Source: a virus (taxonomy: Duplodnaviria > Caudoviricetes). Taken from it: 42,377 bases of DNA. The stretch lies in IMG/VR virus record IMGVR_UViG_3300037631_001783, positions 1-42,377 of that record, one strand, 5' to 3'. Shown here piece after piece: positions 1 through 7,999 of the stretch. The position numbers and the translations under genes are program-made. A model generated the notes under the pieces. That model had not been told where the DNA came from, did no database searches, and saw nothing but the letters and a program-made list of their open reading frames with translations. Positions within the stretch are counted from its first letter, which is position 1, and each line of letters opens with the position of its first letter.

Positions 1-120
1 ATTTGATGAAGCTAAACAGGATTGGCTTTAGAAGTAAAACCATGACAGCACTGTGTGTGCCGGAAGTCTAAGTCCGATTTGCGTGGCCTTCCAGTCGTGC
101 AACATTCTGCTCCAGGTCTG
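1..120 (+). repeat. Terminal direct repeat, left copy (identical to 42258-42377); likely assembly circularisation overlap
   Basis: ATTTGATGAAGCT...CCAGGTCTG read at both ends; it cuts through ORFs. Confidence 0.97.
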
Positions 121-322
121 AGATTCGGGCGAATAGCTCTTGATCCCTAACCCTCAGATCAGCGTGGAGCACATCCATTCGTGACGCTAAATTATCCACA
201 GCCGAAGTTAGACGCACCAACGAATCCCTTCCATGCTGGTTCTCACGGTTGGCACCTTTGATACCAGAAGCGGCCACGCCTATTGACGCACCAGCAACAG
301 CAGCCCAGATTTCAACCACCAT
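68..322 (-). CDS. Small membrane-anchored coiled-coil protein, holin-like
   Basis: N-terminal hydrophobic segment plus heptad-like C-terminus; first gene of the minus-strand run leading to the endolysin across the junction. Confidence 0.5.
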   Translation of the reverse strand: MVVEIWAAVAGASIGVAASGIKGANRENQHGRDSLVRLTSAVDNLASRMDVLHADLRVRDQELFARISDLEQNVARLEGHANRT

Positions 323-345
323 TCGACCTCTAGCGTGAACTCATC

Positions 346-618
346 ATGGCAGAAGAACAGGCAAAGCAGGAGCAAGAACAAGAGCCCGAATCAACGCCGT
401 TGGCGGATTTTGTAAAGCTAGCTGTTCTTACATGGTCGATTGTGATGCTCAGCCTTAACTACCTGGGTTATGTCAAAGCCATGGATCCGACTTTTCCAGC
501 CTCGTTGCTTACGGGAACAATGACGAGCTTTGGCGTCAACATTAAACGTGCTGGCAAGAAAAAAGATGAGCCGCCTACAATCGCAGAACAAACACCTACT
601 ACGTCTAAACCCAAATGA
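346..618 (+). CDS. Two-TM membrane protein, unknown function
   Basis: Hydrophobic segments FVKLAVLTWSIVMLSLNYL and FPASLLTGTMTSFGV; acidic N-terminus; ATGA coupling to next gene. Confidence 0.75.
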   Translation: MAEEQAKQEQEQEPESTPLADFVKLAVLTWSIVMLSLNYLGYVKAMDPTFPASLLTGTMTSFGVNIKRAGKKKDEPPTIAEQTPTTSKPK

Positions 619-1112
619 GACGTTTTCTCTTCTTATCTTGCCTAACGTTTTTTGCGGTAAGTCCTGCTTCGGCGGATATTACGCACGCTATTAAATCCTC
701 AATTTCGCTAACTGTTGATGGAGCAGCGTCCCAAGCAATTCGGCAACCGTCTTCGTTTTCAGTATCTGGCTCTAACGTCACTTTGGGTACTCCTCCTGTG
801 CTGGGGGCACTTACTTCCGGCACTGCTCTTGGGTACACTCCTGGTGCTTACAGTATTACTACTGCTGGCGACAGCTTTTCGTATTCAGAGTCATACATAG
901 AAGGCGATGACGTTCCAACCATACTTTCAACAACGGTTACTGCAGGGGTCGTGCCAGCACTACCTACATTCGGGAATACAACAACAACTGCAGGCGGTGT
1001 TGCTGGCACTTTAGCTGGAACGATTGCTACAGATGGTGCAATAGCAATTACAGCAGGGTCGGCTGGTACAACTGCAATTGGCCAGGTTATTCAGGAGCTA
1101 ACTATCAAGTGA
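615..1112 (+). CDS. Secreted Thr/Gly/Ser-rich protein, probably beta-rich
   Basis: Sec signal MRRFLFLSCLTFFAVSPASA|D; coupled overlaps on both sides. Confidence 0.8.
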   Translation: MRRFLFLSCLTFFAVSPASADITHAIKSSISLTVDGAASQAIRQPSSFSVSGSNVTLGTPPVLGALTSGTALGYTPGAYSITTAGDSFSYSESYIEGDDVPTILSTTVTAGVVPALPTFGNTTTTAGGVAGTLAGTIATDGAIAITAGSAGTTAIGQVIQELTIK

Positions 1113-1531
1113 GAATCCTGCTGCTGTTGCTTTTGGCTGCTCCAGCTGCAGCGATTCCTGTAGTGCCAAATTTTCAGCAAGGTGTTTTGTCTTCCACGAC
1201 ACGCACCAAAACAAAAGTAACTGAGGTCATCAACTCATATGAGTACAGGACAGGTTATGAGTACAGCGCAAGCGGGACTAATATTGCTCCAGTAGGCGGG
1301 GCTATTGCTCCAGCTAGTCTGACTACAACAACAAACACATTGAATGGTGTTTCTAGTCGTTGGACTGGTCTTGACCCTGCTAGTAAACCTGCTTGGAACA
1401 TCGTCAAACAAGGCGCATCGTTTCAGTTCGTTGAAACGCTACAAGGGCCAGGATTAACAAACCACACCTTGATTAATAGAGATACAGATATTGAATCTTT
1501 AACCGAGACGACAAGCACGTTTAGCCAATGA
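1109..1531 (+). CDS. Secreted Thr-rich protein (resembles a conserved cyanophage hypothetical family)
   Basis: GTG start; signal peptide MRILLLLLLAAPAAA|IPVVPNF. Confidence 0.8.
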   Translation: MRILLLLLLAAPAAAIPVVPNFQQGVLSSTTRTKTKVTEVINSYEYRTGYEYSASGTNIAPVGGAIAPASLTTTTNTLNGVSSRWTGLDPASKPAWNIVKQGASFQFVETLQGPGLTNHTLINRDTDIESLTETTSTFSQ

Positions 1532-2235
1532 AGCGAGTTATCGCAACGCTTTTGCTGCTAACCGCTCCAGCACAAGCACAAGTCTCAAGCACTGCCGCTC
1601 CAGTAGCAAACAGCTCAGGATCGGTTACGAATCAGGCTGTCCAGGTAGTACCCTCAAAACAATTTACAAACACTTACGGCGGTGGGATTAGCTGTCAAGG
1701 TGCAACCTTAAATATCAACCCTTTCATCAGTACGACAACAGGCTGGGCGCAACCATACGAAAGCCACTACAACGAACCTGTATATGACACGATTGATGTT
1801 GTTGGTGCGTTTGACCCTGAAGGAAATGCAATTCCAGATGGAAGACCAGATAATCCGGGAGATGTTCTTTTCTATAAACCTATACGGACAGGACAAAAAA
1901 CAAACCTATCGATTAACGGCGGCATTACAGCCACAATTTCGATACCGCTGGATCGTCATCACGTACGAACTTGTCGTAAAGCCGCTGAAAAACAGGTGGC
2001 ACTTTTAGACGCAACACTTGCTGATAAAAGGTTGAATTACGAAATAGCTAGGTTGCGAAACTGCGCTGACCTAATGAAAGAAGGCATCATGTTTCACCCC
2101 AAATCGCCTTACAGCCAAATCTGTGCTGATGTCGTCTTGGTTAATCCGCCAGGCGTCTTACCGCCCCACACGCATTCAATACCTACTTCTTCAAAGACCG
2201 CTGAAACTTCCGACGCTGCCAAGCAGACTCAATAG
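1528..2235 (+). CDS. Secreted Cys-containing protein (resembles a conserved cyanophage hypothetical family)
   Basis: Signal MKRVIATLLLLTAPAQA|Q; ANSSGSVTNQAVQ motif; four Cys; C-terminal helical region. Confidence 0.8.
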   Translation: MKRVIATLLLLTAPAQAQVSSTAAPVANSSGSVTNQAVQVVPSKQFTNTYGGGISCQGATLNINPFISTTTGWAQPYESHYNEPVYDTIDVVGAFDPEGNAIPDGRPDNPGDVLFYKPIRTGQKTNLSINGGITATISIPLDRHHVRTCRKAAEKQVALLDATLADKRLNYEIARLRNCADLMKEGIMFHPKSPYSQICADVVLVNPPGVLPPHTHSIPTSSKTAETSDAAKQTQ

Positions 2236-2941
2236 GAGTGGCCTTACCTGTCTTCTCCTTGATCTTCTTGATCGTCTTTTTGACAAGAGGCTTGATCACC
2301 TTCAGCAAAATATCGCCTAATGGCTTGGCTAAGACTGCCGCTGTTGTTGCGACAACCGCAATCGTTGCAGTCGTGACCACAACAGGCGAGCCAGGTAAAT
2401 GGTTGCCGAGAATCGCTGGTATGTCCAACGACTTGAACTGGGTTTTGCATTCTCCATCGACTCGCTTGTAACCAGTAATGACAGCAGTCTGAAGCTTATT
2501 TTTAGCGCCTATAGGTATTGCGTCTGGTGGCGGACACGGTAATTCTGTGTCTACATTTGGAACGCCAGGGGGTGGGGACCCCGCTGGTGAAGGGGACTGA
2601 GCCGGTTGTTTCGAGGCAGCCGGTTTTTCTTTTGGTGCCTCAATTGCTGGTGGCTTAGCTGATCCATACGTCAACGTTCCAGGCGTAAAGTCCAATGCGT
2701 CATACGACGGCATCGTTCCATCGCAGACAACAAAATTGCCCCTTGCATCGTTGTCGTAAGCCTTTTCGTTTCCAGGTTGAGTATTACGTGTTTCAACGCA
2801 GCCAGGTATTTCAGCAACCGGAAAACCCAGCATTAATGTGATCGGTGGCTCTTGCGGAATGCTTTGCGGCGGGATACCTCTCCAAGTTGGTATTTCTGGG
2901 ACGTACACACGCCCCACACCAATCTCAGGTATTTCAGGCAC
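2183..2941 (-). CDS. Pro-rich protein with C-terminal TM segment and basic tail
   Basis: GTG start; four Cys; Pro-rich linker; VVVTTATIAVVATTAAVLA followed by a Lys-rich helix. Confidence 0.78.
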   Translation of the reverse strand: MPEIPEIGVGRVYVPEIPTWRGIPPQSIPQEPPITLMLGFPVAEIPGCVETRNTQPGNEKAYDNDARGNFVVCDGTMPSYDALDFTPGTLTYGSAKPPAIEAPKEKPAASKQPAQSPSPAGSPPPGVPNVDTELPCPPPDAIPIGAKNKLQTAVITGYKRVDGECKTQFKSLDIPAILGNHLPGSPVVVTTATIAVVATTAAVLAKPLGDILLKVIKPLVKKTIKKIKEKTGKATPIESAWQRRKFQRSLKK

Positions 2942-2944
2942 CGA

Positions 2945-3181
2945 TCAGAACGGCAACTTAGGCGTTTCGATTGCTGGTCCTGTAGCTGATGGCAGCTCAG
3001 GCATCACGTCATCAACCGCTGGCACCATATCAAGCACCATTTCAGTCAGTTCGAGCTTTAGCTCACTGATATAAAGCTTTGTCAGCGATGGGATTCGGGT
3101 GTAAAGCGCAACCGTCCCAATCACCATGCCTGCTGACATCGTGAATGCTGCGACCGACATTACGTTGAAGACTTTTTGCAT
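2945..3181 (-). CDS. Single-TM membrane protein
   Basis: N-terminal hydrophobic helix; Pro-rich C-terminus MPELPSATGPAI. Confidence 0.75.
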   Translation of the reverse strand: MQKVFNVMSVAAFTMSAGMVIGTVALYTRIPSLTKLYISELKLELTEMVLDMVPAVDDVMPELPSATGPAIETPKLPF

Positions 3182-3196
3182 GATTAGATGCCAAAG

Positions 3197-3233
3197 AAAA
3201 AACCTCCCCTGCTGTGTGAGGCCAGGGAAGGTT
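3197..3233 (-). terminator. Rho-independent terminator after the OMP gene
   Basis: Minus strand AACCTTCCCTG-gcctcacacag-CAGGGGAGGTT followed by a T-run. Confidence 0.75.
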
Positions 3234-3257
3234 GCAGTTGCTTTGTTAAAGACTAGC

Positions 3258-3626
3258 TCAGAAGCCGTACTTCAGGCCCAGCTTGGAACCCCAGCTGAAG
3301 TCGTCGCCAGTTACGCCGCTGAGTTCTCCGTAAACGGAAACGTTTTCAGCAACAGCGACTGATCCACCGAATTTGGCAGCAAATTCAACTTCGTTTTCGG
3401 ATCCTTGCGGCATCAGGATGGCAGGACCACCTTGAACGAACCAGGAATAAGCGCCTTCGCCGCCTTCGTAGCCAACGTCAAGGTTCAACGCACCGCCCAA
3501 GTAATCGTCGCCAACAGTTGCGCCATTAAATTCTGGGTTCAGATATGGTCCAGGTCCAGCGAGGGCAGACGCTGGGGCCAATGCAACTGCCGTAGCGGCT
3601 GCACCAAGAACAAGAGACTTGATCAT
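3258..3626 (-). CDS. Small outer-membrane beta-barrel protein
   Basis: Signal peptide ending ALA|G; alternating amphipathic strands; C-terminal KLGLKYGF with terminal Phe (BAM signal pattern). Confidence 0.8.
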   Translation of the reverse strand: MIKSLVLGAAATAVALAPASALAGPGPYLNPEFNGATVGDDYLGGALNLDVGYEGGEGAYSWFVQGGPAILMPQGSENEVEFAAKFGGSVAVAENVSVYGELSGVTGDDFSWGSKLGLKYGF

Positions 3627-3697
3627 TTTTAGAAAGGGTTGAGTTTTCTTGAACCAGATTAACTGGCCTGGTCAATGGACAGTTAGTGATCTGCTCC

Positions 3698-3904
3698 TTA
3701 ATTCTCGTCACTACCAGGGAGCCATAGGTGATGCTTTTTGAAAAGCCCCGTGTATAGACCGCGTTGAGGATGATCAGCTTTGTTGCGACCTTCGTGCAAA
3801 TAGAGCATGGCCATCCATGTATTTCTATTATTTTGGGCCTCAATGTCAGTGGCTCCGTAAGAAGCGGACATCAGTGGATCGGGTTTAGTAGTCACGTCGC
3901 TCAT
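3698..3904 (-). CDS. Hypothetical protein
   Basis: ORF in the late operon; start uncertain (3904 or 3922). Confidence 0.6.
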   Translation of the reverse strand: MSDVTTKPDPLMSASYGATDIEAQNNRNTWMAMLYLHEGRNKADHPQRGLYTGLFKKHHLWLPGSDEN

Positions 3905-3992
3905 CTTCGTAAAGGTCATCATCGACTGGGTTGAAAGCTAAGACAAGGGTTGTCAGTACAACCCCAGCCAACACGCCAAAAGTAAAGGTCAT
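3885..3992 (-). CDS. 35-aa single-TM peptide MTFTFGVLAGVVLTTLVLAFNPVDDDLYEDERRDY (absent from ORF track)
   Basis: Manual translation; ATGA overlap with upstream stop; hydrophobic N-half, acidic C-half. Confidence 0.6.
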   Translation of the reverse strand: MTFTFGVLAGVVLTTLVLAFNPVDDDLYEDERRDY

Positions 3993-4498
3993 TCTGTTGC
4001 GTTGTCTGGATCGGCAGTCCACGCAGGGTAATCCGTTCCAGTCACATATTTAGCTAACGCTTGGACACGCGCTAAATCGGCATGGGGTGATACGTCGCCA
4101 ATCTTGGCGCAGTCTTCGATTGCTTTGACTTTGGTGCCGCATTCCGTACGAATGGTTTGACGCCAAGTCTTCCAACCAGCGTTCATTGTTTTGCCACTCT
4201 CCTTGGCTTTGATGACGCGCCAATCAGACGGAGAAAGCAAGGTGTTTGCTGTGTGCTTTGTTTGAGCAACCCAGTTGGCTTGTAGATCTACATAGGTCTT
4301 GGGGATGAGGTTGCCGTCATCGTCAAATCCCCAATAAAATTTTTGGTCGTAATAAGGAGCTACATCGCCCCAGGTAATACCTAGTTTTGCACGGTCTTGT
4401 GAACTGCTTAGGCGTAACCAGTTAGCAGGGTATTGAACGTCGTTGTGCTCCCACGGAATATCCATGGGTAGACCGCGCGTGCCGATGTAATAGCCCAT
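3989..4498 (-). CDS. Tail fibre assembly chaperone
   Basis: Directly downstream of fibre gene; LLSPSDWRVIK and W..WRQ.IR motifs typical of fibre chaperones. Confidence 0.65.
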   Translation of the reverse strand: MGYYIGTRGLPMDIPWEHNDVQYPANWLRLSSSQDRAKLGITWGDVAPYYDQKFYWGFDDDGNLIPKTYVDLQANWVAQTKHTANTLLSPSDWRVIKAKESGKTMNAGWKTWRQTIRTECGTKVKAIEDCAKIGDVSPHADLARVQALAKYVTGTDYPAWTADPDNATE

Positions 4499-4522
4499 GA
4501 GGATGCAGGTGATGAACGAAGT

Positions 4523-7500
4523 TTAACGAGCAAGCCCGCCATTAGCCTGGAACGGATTTTCTGCTACGGCGTAATAAATTACTGTTTTACCAGAATCACC
4601 TAGAGGCGCTCCGTTGTGGCGAATTTTAAATCCATTACTTAGGAAGTCAAAACCTACTTGGCTGCTGTTATAAACACCATCTTCAGCGGCAGAGTCTTGA
4701 GCAATTAACGTTCCTCCTGTAGGGCCATTTGGTCGCCGAGAAGTATCAAGTAACATCCAATCGCCTGGAGTAGTAAACTTCGCCAAAATAAATCTTGTTC
4801 TAAACCCGGTATATACAAAAGCATTATCAGTTGTGCCATTAGGGCTGAAAGAACCGATGGCCGAATAGCCCGCGACAGGTGCGAAGCAATAGGCGATAAA
4901 ATCGTTTCCATTAGCGTTTGTATTGGCATTAGCGCCGACACTAAACACACTGCTTGTAGGCGTTGTATTGTTCCAAAAAGATTGAGTGCCAAACGCTTGA
5001 TTGCTGTTTAAGTAAGCACCCTTTGTATTACCTTGTGAGGCACTATATACAGCCCACCAGCCTGAAGATGAATCGCGATCTTTACACACGATAAATTCAG
5101 GGGCAGTATTCAACCCGTGGCCGATACTGGCACCTGCTGTATTGTTGCCTGTATAACTAACAATACTGAACCCAGCACTTGGCTGTGCTCTTACTTGTGA
5201 AGCAATGCTGCCGTCGTTGTTAGTTACAGTCGATGTTCCGGCGTCCCACGCCCATCCAACGTAACTACGCCCACTTGCGTTTACGCTTCCTGCAGTCGTA
5301 TTGGCACCTAAGCTGTAACCGTCCGAGTTGAATGCAGTAATGCCTGTCGCATCAGTACCTTCAGCAGCCGTATCGTTTGAATACAGTGTTTTACTTGACC
5401 CTCTAACAACATCAATAAGAGTGTGGTAATCAGAGTGACTACGAGCCTTAGTCCAAACAAAATCAGGACTAAAATTCAAGCCTGTAATATTTTGGCTTGA
5501 GCCCGTACCGGAATACAACTTCGTATCGAAATACTTACTGCCATCCGCAATCGTTGGGGTCGGTAAGTTTGCGGTGTTTAAAGACTTGTAGCCGCTTGGT
5601 GCGGTATACGCGAAGGCACGTTGGCCAAAGTTCCAAGTAGCTTTATAAGTTCTGCCACCACCACCACCGTCTGACCCGTAGCCAAAGAAAAATTCGTGAT
5701 CTGTTGAGATCGTTACTGCTGACCCAGTAGCAACATTATTTTTAAACCACTGGATGGTTTTTGTTGAACTATCTAAGTCAACTGCTATACCAATAACATC
5801 GCCATCTGCCCAACTAGTTCCATAGGATTGAACAAGACCGCCGGGTGAGCAAAGTTTGGCATCCGGTCTACAATTATATGTTGTTCCATCATTTTGATAA
5901 TATCCAGATGCGCCTTGAGAATATATGCCAATAGCAAAATCGACATCACCATCAGAAGCTCTAGTCGTTACACATTCGCAATACCATTTGCCCGTCTTAA
6001 AGCCAATAGTTGACGGGACATATCCCCTGTTCCCAGATCCACCAGAAGGAGCACTTGAGTTGCCACAAGTTAAATTACCATCTTCGGTAAAATATGCTGA
6101 CTTGGTTTTTCCAACTGGCGACATTGTTGCATAATTACCCACGACTTCATTTCCGACGCCCGTATCTGTAGGCTCTGCCGCGTTGCTTGGGGTGTCAACA
6201 AAACAATCATTTATTGCTGAGTCATCAACTGTTGCCGCAAATGCTGCGTAGATGTAAGTTTCTCCAGTCTGGTTAACATCGTTTGTGGAACTACCACTTT
6301 TCAACTGAAAACCATCGCTTAATGCGTCAAAGGCAAGACCATATTGGCCCGTAGGAGTAGAAAACTCGGCAGCACTAGAATTAGCACGCAAGATATTTGA
6401 TTGAGGATTTGATGAACTTCTAGCAGTATCAACAATATTCCAGTTGCTTCCATGAGAAGAGCCTTTCACCATAAGCCATCTTGGCTTAAATCCGGTTGTT
6501 ACTACAGGTCCCGTGGCACTACCATTGCCTATGTACGATCCAAACTTAGAAAATCCGGCAACTTCAGACCACACGTAGGCCACGTAATTATTGCCACTTG
6601 TATTAACTCCAACACTGTTTCCAATAGAAAAGACCGTGCTTGTTGGAGTAGTGCTATTCCATATACTGCCTGAGCCACTGTCAATGCCAGAAGTTGAATT
6701 AAGAACTATCCCATTACTAGTGCCTGCAAAACTTTTATGGTAAACCTGCCAATTGTAAGCAGAAGATCTATCTTTAAGAATAATTAGTGCCGGTACAGCA
6801 TTTAAACTATGGCCGACAGTAGCGCCCGATGTGTTGTTACCTGTATAAGTGCAAACACTAAACCCATAGGAAGCATTTGCCGAGACAGAACTTGTTATGC
6901 TGCCATCCGTATTTGACGACGCAGCGCCACCGGCCTTCCAGGCCCAGGCAACGTATGTGGATCCTGAGTTATTGCCACCACCATTATTGCCAAGCGTAAA
7001 GCCATTAGAGTTAAATGCAGACACTCCACTAACTGTAAATTCATTTCCAGTATTGTCAGCTTGCAGTATCTTTGATACTCCTCTAACAGAATCATATAAC
7101 TGATGAGATACGTTTGATTGAGACCTACCTTTCAACCACACAAAATCCGGTTGGAAAGCGAGCGATGATATTGACTGCGTGCCACCATTGCCGGTATAAG
7201 TAACAACATCAAAGTTTTGCTTGGCCGTAAGATTTGAGACCGCACCAACACTCAAATTGTTAACGGTCCAGGTGTTCGAGTTACCGGAACTGTCGGTGCC
7301 TAGCGCCGCATTACTGCTGTTATCCGCAAACTTAAGCCTGAATCCATTCGTTCCAAATGTCAGCCCGGCTGTATCAATGGCTTGCCAGACCCCGTTATCG
7401 TCAGTTTCGCCAAAGTCAGTCGGCGCAAGCGCCTGCCCGTCAATGAAGTTGACCTCGGCTAGGTAAGCATCAAGGTAATTGTTGTCATTTTCTTGGCCAA

Positions 7501-7999
7501 TGTCGTGTGTTACATTATTGTTCCATCGGGATTCTATATTCTGATTAGGGTATGTGCCTGTCCCAAAAGAAGTTATCTGGGAACCATTAACGTAAATTTT
7601 TGCTCGATCTGACGATGTACTACTAGTAGTATCCCACCTGACAACCAGATGCAACCATGAAGACGTATCTCTAAAAACTTGAGAAGTTATAAGCCTAAAA
7701 GTATGGCCACCGCCCTGATAATCATAAAACTCTAATGTGTCATCTGCTTTAAAATAAACGGCGGTGGTTGTCCCTACATGAGAAGTCGCCATCAATACAA
7801 CTTGAATAGATCCAAGCTTGGACCTTTTCACCCAGCCGCTCCAGGTCCAGGTGCGGCGATTGCCCGCAGACGCAAAATCTTTTAACAAGTACGCAGAATC
7901 ACCGCTGTTAAATCTGAGCGACCTGGCTATGGAAAAATCACCCGCCGCTCCAGCAGTCGTTGCTAGAAACAGCGGACTAGCAGCACCAGGAATACTCAT
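4523..7999 (-). CDS. Tail fibre / receptor-binding protein (LamG/ConA-like, SPRY-like and a duplicated beta domain)
   Basis: Start MSIPG at 7999 by ATGA overlap; WTWSGWVK..WLHLVV..KIYVNG (LamG-like); GKWYCE..GDVIGIAVD..NFGQ (SPRY-like). Confidence 0.85.
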   Translation of the reverse strand: MSIPGAASPLFLATTAGAAGDFSIARSLRFNSGDSAYLLKDFASAGNRRTWTWSGWVKRSKLGSIQVVLMATSHVGTTTAVYFKADDTLEFYDYQGGGHTFRLITSQVFRDTSSWLHLVVRWDTTSSTSSDRAKIYVNGSQITSFGTGTYPNQNIESRWNNNVTHDIGQENDNNYLDAYLAEVNFIDGQALAPTDFGETDDNGVWQAIDTAGLTFGTNGFRLKFADNSSNAALGTDSSGNSNTWTVNNLSVGAVSNLTAKQNFDVVTYTGNGGTQSISSLAFQPDFVWLKGRSQSNVSHQLYDSVRGVSKILQADNTGNEFTVSGVSAFNSNGFTLGNNGGGNNSGSTYVAWAWKAGGAASSNTDGSITSSVSANASYGFSVCTYTGNNTSGATVGHSLNAVPALIILKDRSSAYNWQVYHKSFAGTSNGIVLNSTSGIDSGSGSIWNSTTPTSTVFSIGNSVGVNTSGNNYVAYVWSEVAGFSKFGSYIGNGSATGPVVTTGFKPRWLMVKGSSHGSNWNIVDTARSSSNPQSNILRANSSAAEFSTPTGQYGLAFDALSDGFQLKSGSSTNDVNQTGETYIYAAFAATVDDSAINDCFVDTPSNAAEPTDTGVGNEVVGNYATMSPVGKTKSAYFTEDGNLTCGNSSAPSGGSGNRGYVPSTIGFKTGKWYCECVTTRASDGDVDFAIGIYSQGASGYYQNDGTTYNCRPDAKLCSPGGLVQSYGTSWADGDVIGIAVDLDSSTKTIQWFKNNVATGSAVTISTDHEFFFGYGSDGGGGGRTYKATWNFGQRAFAYTAPSGYKSLNTANLPTPTIADGSKYFDTKLYSGTGSSQNITGLNFSPDFVWTKARSHSDYHTLIDVVRGSSKTLYSNDTAAEGTDATGITAFNSDGYSLGANTTAGSVNASGRSYVGWAWDAGTSTVTNNDGSIASQVRAQPSAGFSIVSYTGNNTAGASIGHGLNTAPEFIVCKDRDSSSGWWAVYSASQGNTKGAYLNSNQAFGTQSFWNNTTPTSSVFSVGANANTNANGNDFIAYCFAPVAGYSAIGSFSPNGTTDNAFVYTGFRTRFILAKFTTPGDWMLLDTSRRPNGPTGGTLIAQDSAAEDGVYNSSQVGFDFLSNGFKIRHNGAPLGDSGKTVIYYAVAENPFQANGGLAR

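Noticed and set aside
1-120. 120-bp terminal repeat as a biological DTR or att site
   Set aside because: It cuts through two ORFs and its length is typical of assembler k-mer overlap; real termini are more likely near terS
4499-4522. CGTTCATC resembling the start of glutamine riboswitch motifs
   Set aside because: Only about 12 nt from the ATG; no room for the rest of the structure
4523-7999. Diversity-generating retroelement acting on the fibre repeats
   Set aside because: No reverse transcriptase; repeats are long and diverged at all positions, not adenine-specific TR/VR pairs
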